Source: an uncultured Erysipelotrichaceae bacterium (GTDB taxonomy: Bacteria > Bacillota_I > Bacilli_A > Erysipelotrichales > Coprobacillaceae). From it: DNA of 52,853 nt. Shown in pieces: positions 29,617 to 38,653 of the stretch (position 1 is the first letter of the stretch; the number at the start of each line of letters is the position of its first letter). A program made the position numbers and the translations under genes. The notes beneath the pieces were generated by a model, which was not told the DNA's origin, searched no databases, and worked only from the letters and a program-made list of their open reading frames with translations. The stretch covers positions 1-52,853 of the forward strand of contig URQL01000001.1 in the NCBI GenBank assembly GCA_900550005.1, given 5' to 3'.

Positions 29617-30387
29617 TCACTTCTTCCTTTCTTTTAACCAATCTCCTGTAAGTCCACAAGTTACTAATGTATAAGCAAGTAATAAAATTTCAAAATAAAT
29701 AAAAGTAACGATCTGATACGCATCTATTCCAAACAAAGGTTCCATAAGATCCTTAGGAAAGAAATATAAACAAAACAAAGAAATACCAATCGACAATAAG
29801 GTAAAATAAATGTTTGTTTGTCGTACTTGATTCTTTTGCTTTTGAAATTGGATCATATCGCTTTGCCAAGTTTCATAATCCACATGTTCTAATGAAGAAT
29901 AAACTTGATTACCACCAATCATTTCTCCTAGAATCAAATAGGCATGAAGTTTCTTTAAATAATGATGAGGGTATTTTTCTTCAATAATTCTTAAAGCTTC
30001 TTCATAGGGAACCCCTGTTTCAATAGCCTCAATGGCTTTTGTAATTAAACTCAACATAATGCTTTTATTACTCGTAAAAGCTTCACGAGTCATTTCTAAA
30101 GCTGTTTTGATTTTCTTATGTGTTTTGTATTGAATGATCATTTGTTTTAAATAAAGGCAATAATCATTAAATCTTTGAAATTCATAAGTATAACGAAATT
30201 GAGCATAAATAATGTAAGGTAACACTACAATAATCGTTATAAATAAAAACAAAGCATAGATCCACTTTAATTTATGAACTAATGATAGACCAATAATGAT
30301 AAAGGAATAAATAAGCAAATTCTTTAAATAATGAACAATAGAGTACTTATAACCTAACTTTTCAATTGATAATCGTAATTTATTCAT
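29617..30387 (-). CDS. TadB-like inner-membrane platform protein
   Basis: N-terminal TMs, TALE..IETGVPYEEAL..E..GG cytoplasmic domain, two C-terminal TMs; overlaps the ATPase stop. Confidence 0.65.
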   Translation of the reverse strand: MNKLRLSIEKLGYKYSIVHYLKNLLIYSFIIIGLSLVHKLKWIYALFLFITIIVVLPYIIYAQFRYTYEFQRFNDYCLYLKQMIIQYKTHKKIKTALEMTREAFTSNKSIMLSLITKAIEAIETGVPYEEALRIIEEKYPHHYLKKLHAYLILGEMIGGNQVYSSLEHVDYETWQSDMIQFQKQKNQVRQTNIYFTLLSIGISLFCLYFFPKDLMEPLFGIDAYQIVTFIYFEILLLAYTLVTCGLTGDWLKERKK

Positions 30388-31549
30388 CTACTTGATCTCC
30401 TTTCCATTCTAAATGCTCATTGTATTCCATAAAGCGCTCATTTAACCACTCAGGGATCGGATAATATTGTACATAATATTCTTCGTTACGTTTTTTAACT
30501 TCATAAATCATTTGATGATGTCGAACTTGATCAAAATCTAACCAAAATACGGCAATTTGACTAATATAACGATATGTATGATCATTATCTACATCTGCTT
30601 TCACACGAACGCCAATATCAACAGACTGATAAATCATATTTTCAATCTTATCATTACTCAATTCATTCCCTTCTAACATATTTAAAACTCGCTTAGGAAT
30701 ATTGTAAACATGATCTGTATGCAAAGTCGTAATGATCTTAGCCCCTGTCGAAATTGATTTAAGAAGTTCCTTTACCTCGTAACCTCTTGCTTCAGATAAT
30801 AAGATCCATTTCGGTAACATACGCATACAACTTTTAATGGCTTGATCATAATTAACTCTTTCCCCCACTTTTAATTCGACAATATCCTTTTTAGGATAGA
30901 GTTTATTTAAATGCAATTCGATCGTATCTTCAATCGTGATAATTCTTTCATAACTTGGAATATAGGACGTTAAAAACTTCGCCAGCTCTGTCTTTCCATC
31001 ACCGGTCATACCAATAATAAAAAAATTAAGTTGACTATGAATACTTGTTCTAAAAAAGTTGATTACTTCTTTTGAACAATATTCTTGCTTTACCATTTTT
31101 TCTTCATTGATTCTAGCAATACAAGGTGTTTTACGTATTGACATAGACGTTCCACTTGTGGAAAAAGAAGAATGAGTAAACTGTAACCTTAAATCATTGA
31201 AATCTGCTTCTAAAATAGGATTAACCACATTAAACTGTTGATTCTCCACATTGGATATCTTATACGCTATTTTTTCAATTTCTTCACTATTTAATTGAAT
31301 GTCCTCACATTCATAACGTCCTTTATTGATGTGATTCAACCAAATGGAATGACTATTACAATTAATATCGGTAATATTAATATCATCAACTAAAGGTTGA
31401 ATTTTACCAAAAAATTGAGGATCTCTAAGATCCTCAATAACATCTTGTACTTCATTTACAGGCGCAATTTCTTCTTTTACTTCACTTTTCATCGTTGGTG
31501 TGAAGTAATCAACATCTTCATTTTTCTTAAACCATTTCATTACTATCAT
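30380..31549 (-). CDS. CpaF/TadA (VirB11-like) pilus assembly ATPase
   Basis: ITDINCN, SIRK, Walker A GMTGDGKT, Asp box ITIEDTIEL, MRMLPKWILLSEARG Walker B region, His box TTLHT. Confidence 0.9.
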   Translation of the reverse strand: MIVMKWFKKNEDVDYFTPTMKSEVKEEIAPVNEVQDVIEDLRDPQFFGKIQPLVDDINITDINCNSHSIWLNHINKGRYECEDIQLNSEEIEKIAYKISNVENQQFNVVNPILEADFNDLRLQFTHSSFSTSGTSMSIRKTPCIARINEEKMVKQEYCSKEVINFFRTSIHSQLNFFIIGMTGDGKTELAKFLTSYIPSYERIITIEDTIELHLNKLYPKKDIVELKVGERVNYDQAIKSCMRMLPKWILLSEARGYEVKELLKSISTGAKIITTLHTDHVYNIPKRVLNMLEGNELSNDKIENMIYQSVDIGVRVKADVDNDHTYRYISQIAVFWLDFDQVRHHQMIYEVKKRNEEYYVQYYPIPEWLNERFMEYNEHLEWKGDQVDE

Positions 31550-31584
31550 TTCTTATGGAAATGATTATTCACATCCTTTCTAAA

Positions 31585-31749
31585 TTAGTTTGTAGGAATT
31601 TGTTTTGTGGCTTGATCCCACATTTTTGTTTGTGCTGTTTGTGCACTGGTATTATTATTTTTTGTAAGAGATAATGCAGCCACTAATACTAATGCTGCTA
31701 CTGCAATAACAACAACTAACCCTAACGCTTGTTTTAATGAAAAATCCAT
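31585..31749 (-). CDS. Flp-like major pilin candidate, 54 aa (MDFSLKQALGLVVVIAVAALVLVAALSLTKNNNTSAQTAQTKMWDQATKQIPTN)
   Basis: Not in the ORF track. GAGGAGG RBS, Ala/Val/Leu helix plus short polar tail, immediately upstream of the ATPase. Confidence 0.8.
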   Translation of the reverse strand: MDFSLKQALGLVVVIAVAALVLVAALSLTKNNNTSAQTAQTKMWDQATKQIPTN

Positions 31750-31750
31750 C

Positions 31751-32131
31751 TTAAATATCCTCCTCTAATATAATCGTTCTACGACTTTCTATTTCTGTTT
31801 TTTTTCCATTTACATGTTGGAATGTTTGTTTAATTTTCAAATCGATTAAACCATTTAAATAATCCACATCTAAAATTTCAACTTCAATATCACAATCACT
31901 ACTTTTATTTAAAACCACTTCTTTTAATACTTCACCTACAAGTTGTTCATTACTTTTAATGTTTTGATAAGGTGTAGAAGCTTGTTTTAAAGCTTGGTAT
32001 GAAGCCATTTGACTTAATCTTTGTGTTTCATTTTGATTATACGTTTTTGTACTTAAATCACTGATACACAATAAAAATATAAACTGACAAACAGTTATGA
32101 TAGAAAACTTTAAAGCTAATTTCATTGACAT
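31751..32131 (-). CDS. Minor pilin-like (TadE/TadG-like) protein
   Basis: (MS)MKLALKF + hydrophobic helix, then helical and beta-rich periplasmic-type domain; coupled to neighbours. Confidence 0.55.
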   Translation of the reverse strand: MSMKLALKFSIITVCQFIFLLCISDLSTKTYNQNETQRLSQMASYQALKQASTPYQNIKSNEQLVGEVLKEVVLNKSSDCDIEVEILDVDYLNGLIDLKIKQTFQHVNGKKTEIESRRTIILEEDI

Positions 32132-34084
32132 TTACTCTTTTCTATACTTATTCATCTCATTAAAGACAGCTTGACCATCTTGTTCTATAATTGATTCTTT
32201 CAATTGTTCATTTTCTTCCTGTGACCAAGTGTAGTGATACTTTAATTGTTCACTTTCTAAATCTGTCACTAATTTTTGATTCAATTCACCCACTTTAAGC
32301 CACTTAGAATTTGAATTTAATGTATTTAAAGTATTTTTACCAATATAGCGTAATTCCTTTTGATTAGAACCATAATGTACATTATCGATATAGACTTTAT
32401 ACGTTTTTGTAACACTTTTATGATAACGATCTGTTAAACGATAAATCACATCAAACGTTCCTTCTTTACTCGAATTAGGATATTGGATCACTTCTATTTT
32501 GTCCGAGATATTCCCGTCTTCTTTATCCTCACCCGTTACTTGGTCTAATAAAACCTGCTTATCAATGGTTTCACCAACAAAAAAGTAACGATCAAAACCT
32601 GTGATCACCGGAGGATCATTTACAATAACTTGTAATTTCTTACTTGCTTGTTTACCGCCAGAATCACTTACCTGATATTCGACATAATAAGTACCACTTA
32701 CGGTTGTCTTTTGATTTTGATCCTTAGGTACAGGCTCCTTGATCACTTTAAGTTTACTTGTTAAATCGCCATCCTCTTTATCCCATGCTTTAGCATGATT
32801 TAATGGATAAAAAGGATCACCTAATTGAATAATCAGATTTTCCCCATCAATAAAAGGGCCTTCATTATTTACTATAGGTAAAATAATCATTGGCGCTTCA
32901 TTTTCCCAAATGGCTGTTAATGTACCATCACCTACGTCAAATGTATACGTCTTATTGGTTAGTGTTCCTTTACCAGTTAACTTCCATCCTGCAAAGCGAT
33001 AACCTGATTTTATCGGATCACTGATCGTTATCGTTTTACCTTTGATTTCATTTTTCGTTATCTTTTGACTATTTCCTTGATAAACTCCTCCATTAGGATC
33101 AATCTCTAAACGACCTTCTAAATTACGTGATTCAACGCGTAAATAAACAGGTTGATTTTGTTTACCTGTTGTCACCGTTTCAACAAGTCCTTGTAAATTA
33201 CCACTCGTCAATGCAATAATTTCTTTCGAACTATTTTGTAAATCGCCATACATCTTATTGCTTTTTGCAATAACATAACCCGCCTTTCCACCATTAGGAC
33301 ATGTGATATAAAGTTTTTGTCCTTGTCTTTCAACATGAAAAAGCTCACTTGAATAATTAAACCAATGTAAAATTTGACTCGTATCTTCGACATAGGTATA
33401 GTAAACATTCTTAGAAAAATCATATTTATCTAAATAAACCGTTTGACATTTTGATGAATCATAGCTCATCTTATCCGGTACTTTATCTAATCGTTGCATG
33501 ATATAAACATAATCATTGTACAATTCATAAAAACGATTTTGATAAGTGTAATGATTAAAATCCATTAAAGACAAAATCGTATGATAAGAACTATCTAAGC
33601 TTAGACGATTAAAAAATGCATCCCTTTCTTCACACATAACTTCCCAAATCAAAGTCTGTAAAGCTAAAAAATGGATCCGACGATCCACTTGATTGTTATC
33701 AAATTGTTCTTGTGGTGATAATAATTGCGTTAATCTAGATACTAATTTTTTCTTTACTTGCCAAGATGTTTTACTATTATAACATCTCTTGAATAAAGCA
33801 TCCTGATCACTGGCATTGTAAGTAATCGAACTATAAGAATCAACTCCCGGCTGAATACAAAATAAAATTTGATTTGTATCTTGATCTTTAATAATGAAAT
33901 TGTCTAACTTACTGGCATTGCCACTCCCGTTAAAATTTTCATGGTTGCCAATCTTACCTTGATAACGATTCATGATCCCTACAATTTCTTCCTTCATAAC
34001 AACAGCAGAAGTTACTTTAAAACTAAAACAAACCGTCATAATAAAAATAAAAGCCATTAACCCTCCATGAACAATACGCTTCAT
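32132..34084 (-). CDS. Secreted adhesin: thioester domain + InlB B-type repeat + DUF5011 Ig-like repeats
   Basis: Signal peptide; FCIQPG and LQTLIW motifs; PIKSGYRFAGW..LTAIW repeat; AWDKEDGDLT and EDKEDGNIS Ig-like repeats; no LPxTG. Confidence 0.75.
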   Translation of the reverse strand: MKRIVHGGLMAFIFIMTVCFSFKVTSAVVMKEEIVGIMNRYQGKIGNHENFNGSGNASKLDNFIIKDQDTNQILFCIQPGVDSYSSITYNASDQDALFKRCYNSKTSWQVKKKLVSRLTQLLSPQEQFDNNQVDRRIHFLALQTLIWEVMCEERDAFFNRLSLDSSYHTILSLMDFNHYTYQNRFYELYNDYVYIMQRLDKVPDKMSYDSSKCQTVYLDKYDFSKNVYYTYVEDTSQILHWFNYSSELFHVERQGQKLYITCPNGGKAGYVIAKSNKMYGDLQNSSKEIIALTSGNLQGLVETVTTGKQNQPVYLRVESRNLEGRLEIDPNGGVYQGNSQKITKNEIKGKTITISDPIKSGYRFAGWKLTGKGTLTNKTYTFDVGDGTLTAIWENEAPMIILPIVNNEGPFIDGENLIIQLGDPFYPLNHAKAWDKEDGDLTSKLKVIKEPVPKDQNQKTTVSGTYYVEYQVSDSGGKQASKKLQVIVNDPPVITGFDRYFFVGETIDKQVLLDQVTGEDKEDGNISDKIEVIQYPNSSKEGTFDVIYRLTDRYHKSVTKTYKVYIDNVHYGSNQKELRYIGKNTLNTLNSNSKWLKVGELNQKLVTDLESEQLKYHYTWSQEENEQLKESIIEQDGQAVFNEMNKYRKE

Positions 34085-34209
34085 TTTCTCCCTCCTTTCT
34101 TTTATAAAATAAAATAGAAAATAGCTGATCCACTATTTTCTACACTAACATCATAACACATCTTGCGTTAATTTTTATCCCATCTTTGTCACGATTTTTT
34201 CTCACGTTT

Positions 34210-34694
34210 TTACCATTTATTATAATGAACAACCGTTTGATCAAATAAATCTCTGCTTTCATTTTTTTTCTTCTTGAGGATAACCAAAAGCAATGATGGA
34301 ATAAGGAACTTGATCTTCAGGTAAGTTAAAGAGTTCTTTTTGGGCTTGTACACGTTCCATTTGTGGATAAGTTCCAAACCAAACACTACCTATTCCCAAA
34401 TCTTGAACCGCTAAAATCATATTCTGACCTGCAATAGCACCATCAATGATCCAATAATCCTTAATCATCTCAAAGGCTTTACTTGTATCCCCACAAATTA
34501 AAATTGCCAACGGTGCTTTTTCTAATAATTTAGCTGGTTTCCCATTAGCATCAGCCATTTGTTTTAAAATAGTCGAATCATCAACAACAATAAATGACCA
34601 ATCTCGAGCATTAACACAAGTCGGTCCACTCATCCCCGCCTTTAAAATCGTGTTGATCACTTCTTCTTGAAAAAATAGCATCTAACGTATTCAT
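34210..34694 (-). pseudogene. Nitroreductase family protein with two frameshifting lesions
   Basis: AGGAGG RBS + MNTLDAIFSRRS joins out of frame to EEVINTILKAGMSGPT..DLGIGSVW..IIAFGYP; after an A8 run the natural end RDLFDQTVVHYNKW* is in another frame. Confidence 0.85.
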
Positions 34695-34712
34695 TTTCAT
34701 TCCTCCTATAAA

Positions 34713-34761
34713 AAAGGTAGTGTCAAAAATGTGTATTAAATAGCTAAAATACACTACCTTT
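34713..34761. repeat. 11-bp inverted repeat AAAGGTAGTGT...ACACTACCTTT
   Basis: Arms at 34713-34723 and 34751-34761. Confidence 0.7.
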
Positions 34762-35289
34762 ATTTTTATCTATATAAACAGTAAAATGATTACTATATCT
34801 ATCTTAATAATCATCTTTTTTCGTCTTATACTAAAAAAGATGAAACTCCTATGCTATACTTAGTCTGCAAACAATATACATAACGAAAGGATGTTCCATC
34901 ATGCATAGTATAATACATTTAATTGACTCTATTGAATCTTTTTCTAACCAAAATTTTAAATTTTCTCAATTTTTTCAACCTTTGGATATTTTAAATAAGA
35001 TTCCTGATTCTATTTCTGAACACCTTAATAATATCGATTTCATTTTTCATAAATTTTAGACTCTACCTAAAAAAAGCATAAACCCTTATCGTCTGGATTG
35101 ATGCATAAGCTACTCGACTTCTACATTATACCTTCAGTTTATTAAAAATTTAATGGTAAATCGATATACTATAATTAGATTTTAAGAAACCTAAAATTAA
35201 TTATCCTACAAAATTACTTTTTTTCTAATTTTTATTGAATTATTTACGAATATATTATAAAATCATTTCAACAAATCTAAATAAAACAA

Positions 35290-35557
35290 AAAGGCAATGA
35301 TGAGGAGAAGTAATTTAATCATGAAGCTTTAGCGAGTTAGGGATGGTGAAAGCCTAATAGTGGACGATTTAATGAATAACACCTTGGAGCTGTCTACCAA
35401 AAGCTTAGAAGCAAGTAGGCTAGAACGTCACCAGTAACGTAACTACTGGCGGGGATCTTATACTCTTTGAAGTATGTATGTACCATGTGCTATAAGAAAA
35501 CTTTTAGTTTATGGAGAAGGTACTCGCTTTATTTTAAAGCGAGTTTTTGTTTTTTTT
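35290..35557 (+). ncRNA. T-box riboswitch leader with Asn (AAC) specifier
   Basis: Stem I hallmarks GCAATGA..GAGAAGTA, AGCGAG, GGTGAAAG, GAAT-AAC-ACC (AAC at 35378-35380), GGAGC; terminator ACTCGCTTTA-ttt-TAAAGCGAGT-T-run; upstream of asnB. Confidence 0.85.
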
Positions 35558-35577
35558 AAACAAAGGGGGAAAATATT

Positions 35578-37164
35578 ATGTGTGGATTTGTCGTTGTAAA
35601 AAGTGATCAAGTATCAATGGAATTATTTAAAAAAGCATTAAAAAGAATTGTTCATCGTGGTCCTGACTACGATAAAATCATGAAGAAAGACGCTATTTTA
35701 TGGGGATTTAATCGTCTAGCTATCATGGACTTATCACCACTTGGAAATCAACCTTTCCAAGATTTAAACACAATGGTTGTATGTAATGGGGAAATATACA
35801 ATTATTCAGAACTTAAAAAAATGTTAGAAAAAGAATTCGCCTTTAAATCAGGAAGTGATTGTGAAGTTTTAGCACCACTTTATAAAAAATTTGGTATGGA
35901 AATTTTATGTAAATATTTAGACGGAGAATTTGCTTGTGTTCTTTATGATCAAGATACCAAACAAATCTTTGCTGCACGTGATCCAATTGGAATTCGACCA
36001 CTTTTCTATGGTTATACTTCTATCGATCACCAAATTGCTTTTAGCTCTGAAGCTAAATGATTAATCGATCTTTGTGATGAAATTTATCCTTTTCCACCAG
36101 GACATTATTATCAAGATGGTAAATTTATTTGTTATAATGAAATTGCAAAACCTCGAAGAATGAATGACGATTCAATCGATCAAATTGCTTTAGAACTTCG
36201 TACTCGTCTTGAAAAAGCTGTTGATAAACGTTTGCAATCCGATGCACCCATCGGCTACTTGCTTAGCGGTGGCTTAGACTCTTCTCTTGTTTGTGCATTA
36301 GGTGCAAAAAAAAGTAAAACACCTATTAAAACATTTGCTATTGGAATGAAACAGGATCCTATCGATTTAAAATACGCAAAAGAAGTGGCAGATTACATTC
36401 ACAGTGATCACACTGAAATCATTATTACCAAAGAAGATGTTCTTCAAGCTTTAAAAGAAGTTATTTATCATTTAGAAACATGGGACATTACAACCATTCG
36501 TGCAAGTATTGCTATGTATTTACTTTGTAAAGCGATCCATCAACAAACCGACATTAAAGTTATTCTGACTGGTGAAGTCAGTGATGAATTATTTGGTTAC
36601 AAATATACAGATTTTGCACCAAATCCTAAAGCTTTTCAAGAAGAAGCACAAAAACGAATCAACGAACTCTATATGTACGATGTTTTACGTGCAGATCGCT
36701 GTATCAGCGCTCATGCGTTAGAAGGACGTGTTCCTTTTGCCGATCTTGACTTTGTAGACTATGCCATAAGTATCAATCCTGCTAAGAAAATGAATATTTA
36801 TCAAAAAGGAAAATACTTACTTCGTCATGCCTTTGAAGGGACAAACCTTCTTCCAGATTCCATTTTATTTAGAGAAAAAGCCGCTTTTAGTGATGCAGTA
36901 GGTCATTCTATGGTAGTTTACTTAAAAGAATATGCTAATTCTATTTATAGTGATGAAGATTTGCAAAACGCTAAAATAAAATACCCTGATCATACTCCTT
37001 TTACAAAAGAATCTTTACTTTATCGTGATATTTTTGAAAGTTATTATCCAAATAAAAGTCATTGGATCAAAGATTATTGGATGCCTAATAAGGATTGGGA
37101 ACATTGTGATGTTGATGATCCAAGTGCTCGTGTTTTAATTAATTATGGTAAAAGTGGTAAATAA
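35578..37164 (+). pseudogene. asnB: Asparagine synthase (glutamine-hydrolysing) with one in-frame TGA
   Basis: MCG start, HRGPD, NGEIYN, RDPIGIRPL, then SEAK*LIDL (TGA 36058-36060) in frame with FPPGH, LSGGLDSS, GEVSDELFG, RVPF, REKAAFSD. Confidence 0.92.
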
Positions 37165-37167
37165 AAC

Positions 37168-37207
37168 AAAAACTCATCATCAAGCTTGCTTGATCATGAG
37201 TTTTTTT
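37168..37207. terminator. Bidirectional intrinsic terminator
   Basis: AAAAACTCATcATCAAGc..GCTTGATcATGAGTTTTTTT between convergent genes. Confidence 0.75.
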
Positions 37208-37208
37208 A

Positions 37209-38498
37209 TTAACTATATGTTTTAGTACATTTAGGATAATAATTTTCATCAAATGCATACCCTAATTCTTTCATATCCTCATTTGAATAAAGTTTCATTT
37301 CAGTACCATTAATTTTTTGATAAGAAACATCTAAATGATAATAATTATTCCCCACTTTAATAATATTCCAATGATGTTCTACACCTTGATAACTTCCTGT
37401 TACATAATAACATTCCACATCTTTCTTTTGCAACATATACATCATTGCCCTAGCCATTCCTTCATCACTAGCAATATTATTACAGATTGCCCCATAAGAA
37501 GAATTGGTATAACTACTTAAAATATTGTTTGGCACATATTGAACATAACGCACTAAATAATTATTCATTTGTCTAATGAGTTCATAAGGATCGGTTGCTG
37601 TGAACATAGCTTTAGAAATCGTATTGTACGTATTTTCCAACTGACGGTATTTATCAACAGATAAATAAGGTCCATCTCCAACATCTTGGATACGTGTTTG
37701 ACTTTGTTCATTGTTAATAACCACCGTGATTGTGCGATCAATCGTCGTAACATTACCTAAAGCATCACTAACACGATAAACTAAATGATAAGCACCTTCT
37801 TGACTTGTATCAACCTCACCACTAACTTGAATCGAACCTTGAAGATCACGATTTAAATAATCAAGGGCATAAACACCATCAAGTGGATCAAAGTTTTCTC
37901 CTATTTGAATAATTTTATTATCTACACCATAAAAAGTCGGTCCATTTTGTTCTTGACTAACTACAACACTTAATCGTAATCGATTTGATTTATTACCATA
38001 AATATCTTCAACAATAATGAAAACATCATTAAAAGTTCCCACTTCATTAAATTGCTTTTTTGTTGGTTTATTTTCTTCATCAAAATAAACACTGTAGGTT
38101 GAATCATCTTGGATATCTTTCACTAAATCTTCCGCTACTAAAGTGGTCCCCACAGTAATTTCATATTTTGTTTGTACAAGTGAAGCGATGGGAGCAACAG
38201 TATCTTTAATTTGTATTGTAAAAGGGTAAACTTTATCACTATATTGAGCATAGGCATCATAAACACCCACTTCATCAACTTTCACTTGACTTAAATTCAC
38301 AACCGCATTTTCTAATACCTTTGCATTTGCTCGAATATAATCACTTGCATTTGTTGGAATTTGTGAGTGCAATTCAAAAGTGAATTGTTTTTGTTTTAAA
38401 GCGATTGGATCTACCTTATAAAGTAGTCCAGCTACCCCCATTGAACTAAGACATAAAACACTCATCATTCCGATAATAATTTTCTTATTGTTGCCCAT
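37209..38498 (-). CDS. Membrane-anchored protein with Ig-like/DUF5011 repeats and a transglutaminase-like domain
   Basis: N-terminal TM, DTVAP, FDPLDGVYA..VDTSQEGAYHLVYRVSD, then YGAI..EGMARA..HHWNII..YYHLDV. Confidence 0.8.
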   Translation of the reverse strand: MGNNKKIIIGMMSVLCLSSMGVAGLLYKVDPIALKQKQFTFELHSQIPTNASDYIRANAKVLENAVVNLSQVKVDEVGVYDAYAQYSDKVYPFTIQIKDTVAPIASLVQTKYEITVGTTLVAEDLVKDIQDDSTYSVYFDEENKPTKKQFNEVGTFNDVFIIVEDIYGNKSNRLRLSVVVSQEQNGPTFYGVDNKIIQIGENFDPLDGVYALDYLNRDLQGSIQVSGEVDTSQEGAYHLVYRVSDALGNVTTIDRTITVVINNEQSQTRIQDVGDGPYLSVDKYRQLENTYNTISKAMFTATDPYELIRQMNNYLVRYVQYVPNNILSSYTNSSYGAICNNIASDEGMARAMMYMLQKKDVECYYVTGSYQGVEHHWNIIKVGNNYYHLDVSYQKINGTEMKLYSNEDMKELGYAFDENYYPKCTKTYS

Positions 38499-38610
38499 AT
38501 CTTCACCCTTTTCTAATCTTTCTCATTATATCACTTTACTAAAAAAATAACATAGAATTGTGAAAATATTTTGAGAATCTTAAGAATTTTAAAAAAAGAT
38601 ATTTTTGCGT

Positions 38611-38647
38611 AAAAAAGCAAGGATTTTTTTAAAATACCTTGCTTTTA
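38611..38647. terminator. Intrinsic terminator after the AAA ATPase gene
   Basis: AAAAAGCAAGG...CCTTGCTTTTT inverted repeat. Confidence 0.7.
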
Positions 38648-38653
38648 TAACCC

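Noticed and set aside
27989..34084. Conjugative element interpretation of the VirB11-like ATPase locus
   Set aside because: No VirB4, coupling protein, relaxase or integrase in the window, and the locus sits among housekeeping genes.
36058..36060. Selenocysteine at the asnB (or ggt) TGA
   Set aside because: Neither position is a catalytic Cys site and I see no convincing SECIS-like hairpin directly downstream.
2251..37164. Genome-wide stop-codon reassignment (TAG or TGA) to explain four in-frame stops
   Set aside because: TAG ends intact genes here (GH13, backbone pilin, carB, ilvA, vWA) and TGA ends others (srtC, adhesin, tadC-like); most long genes have no internal stops.
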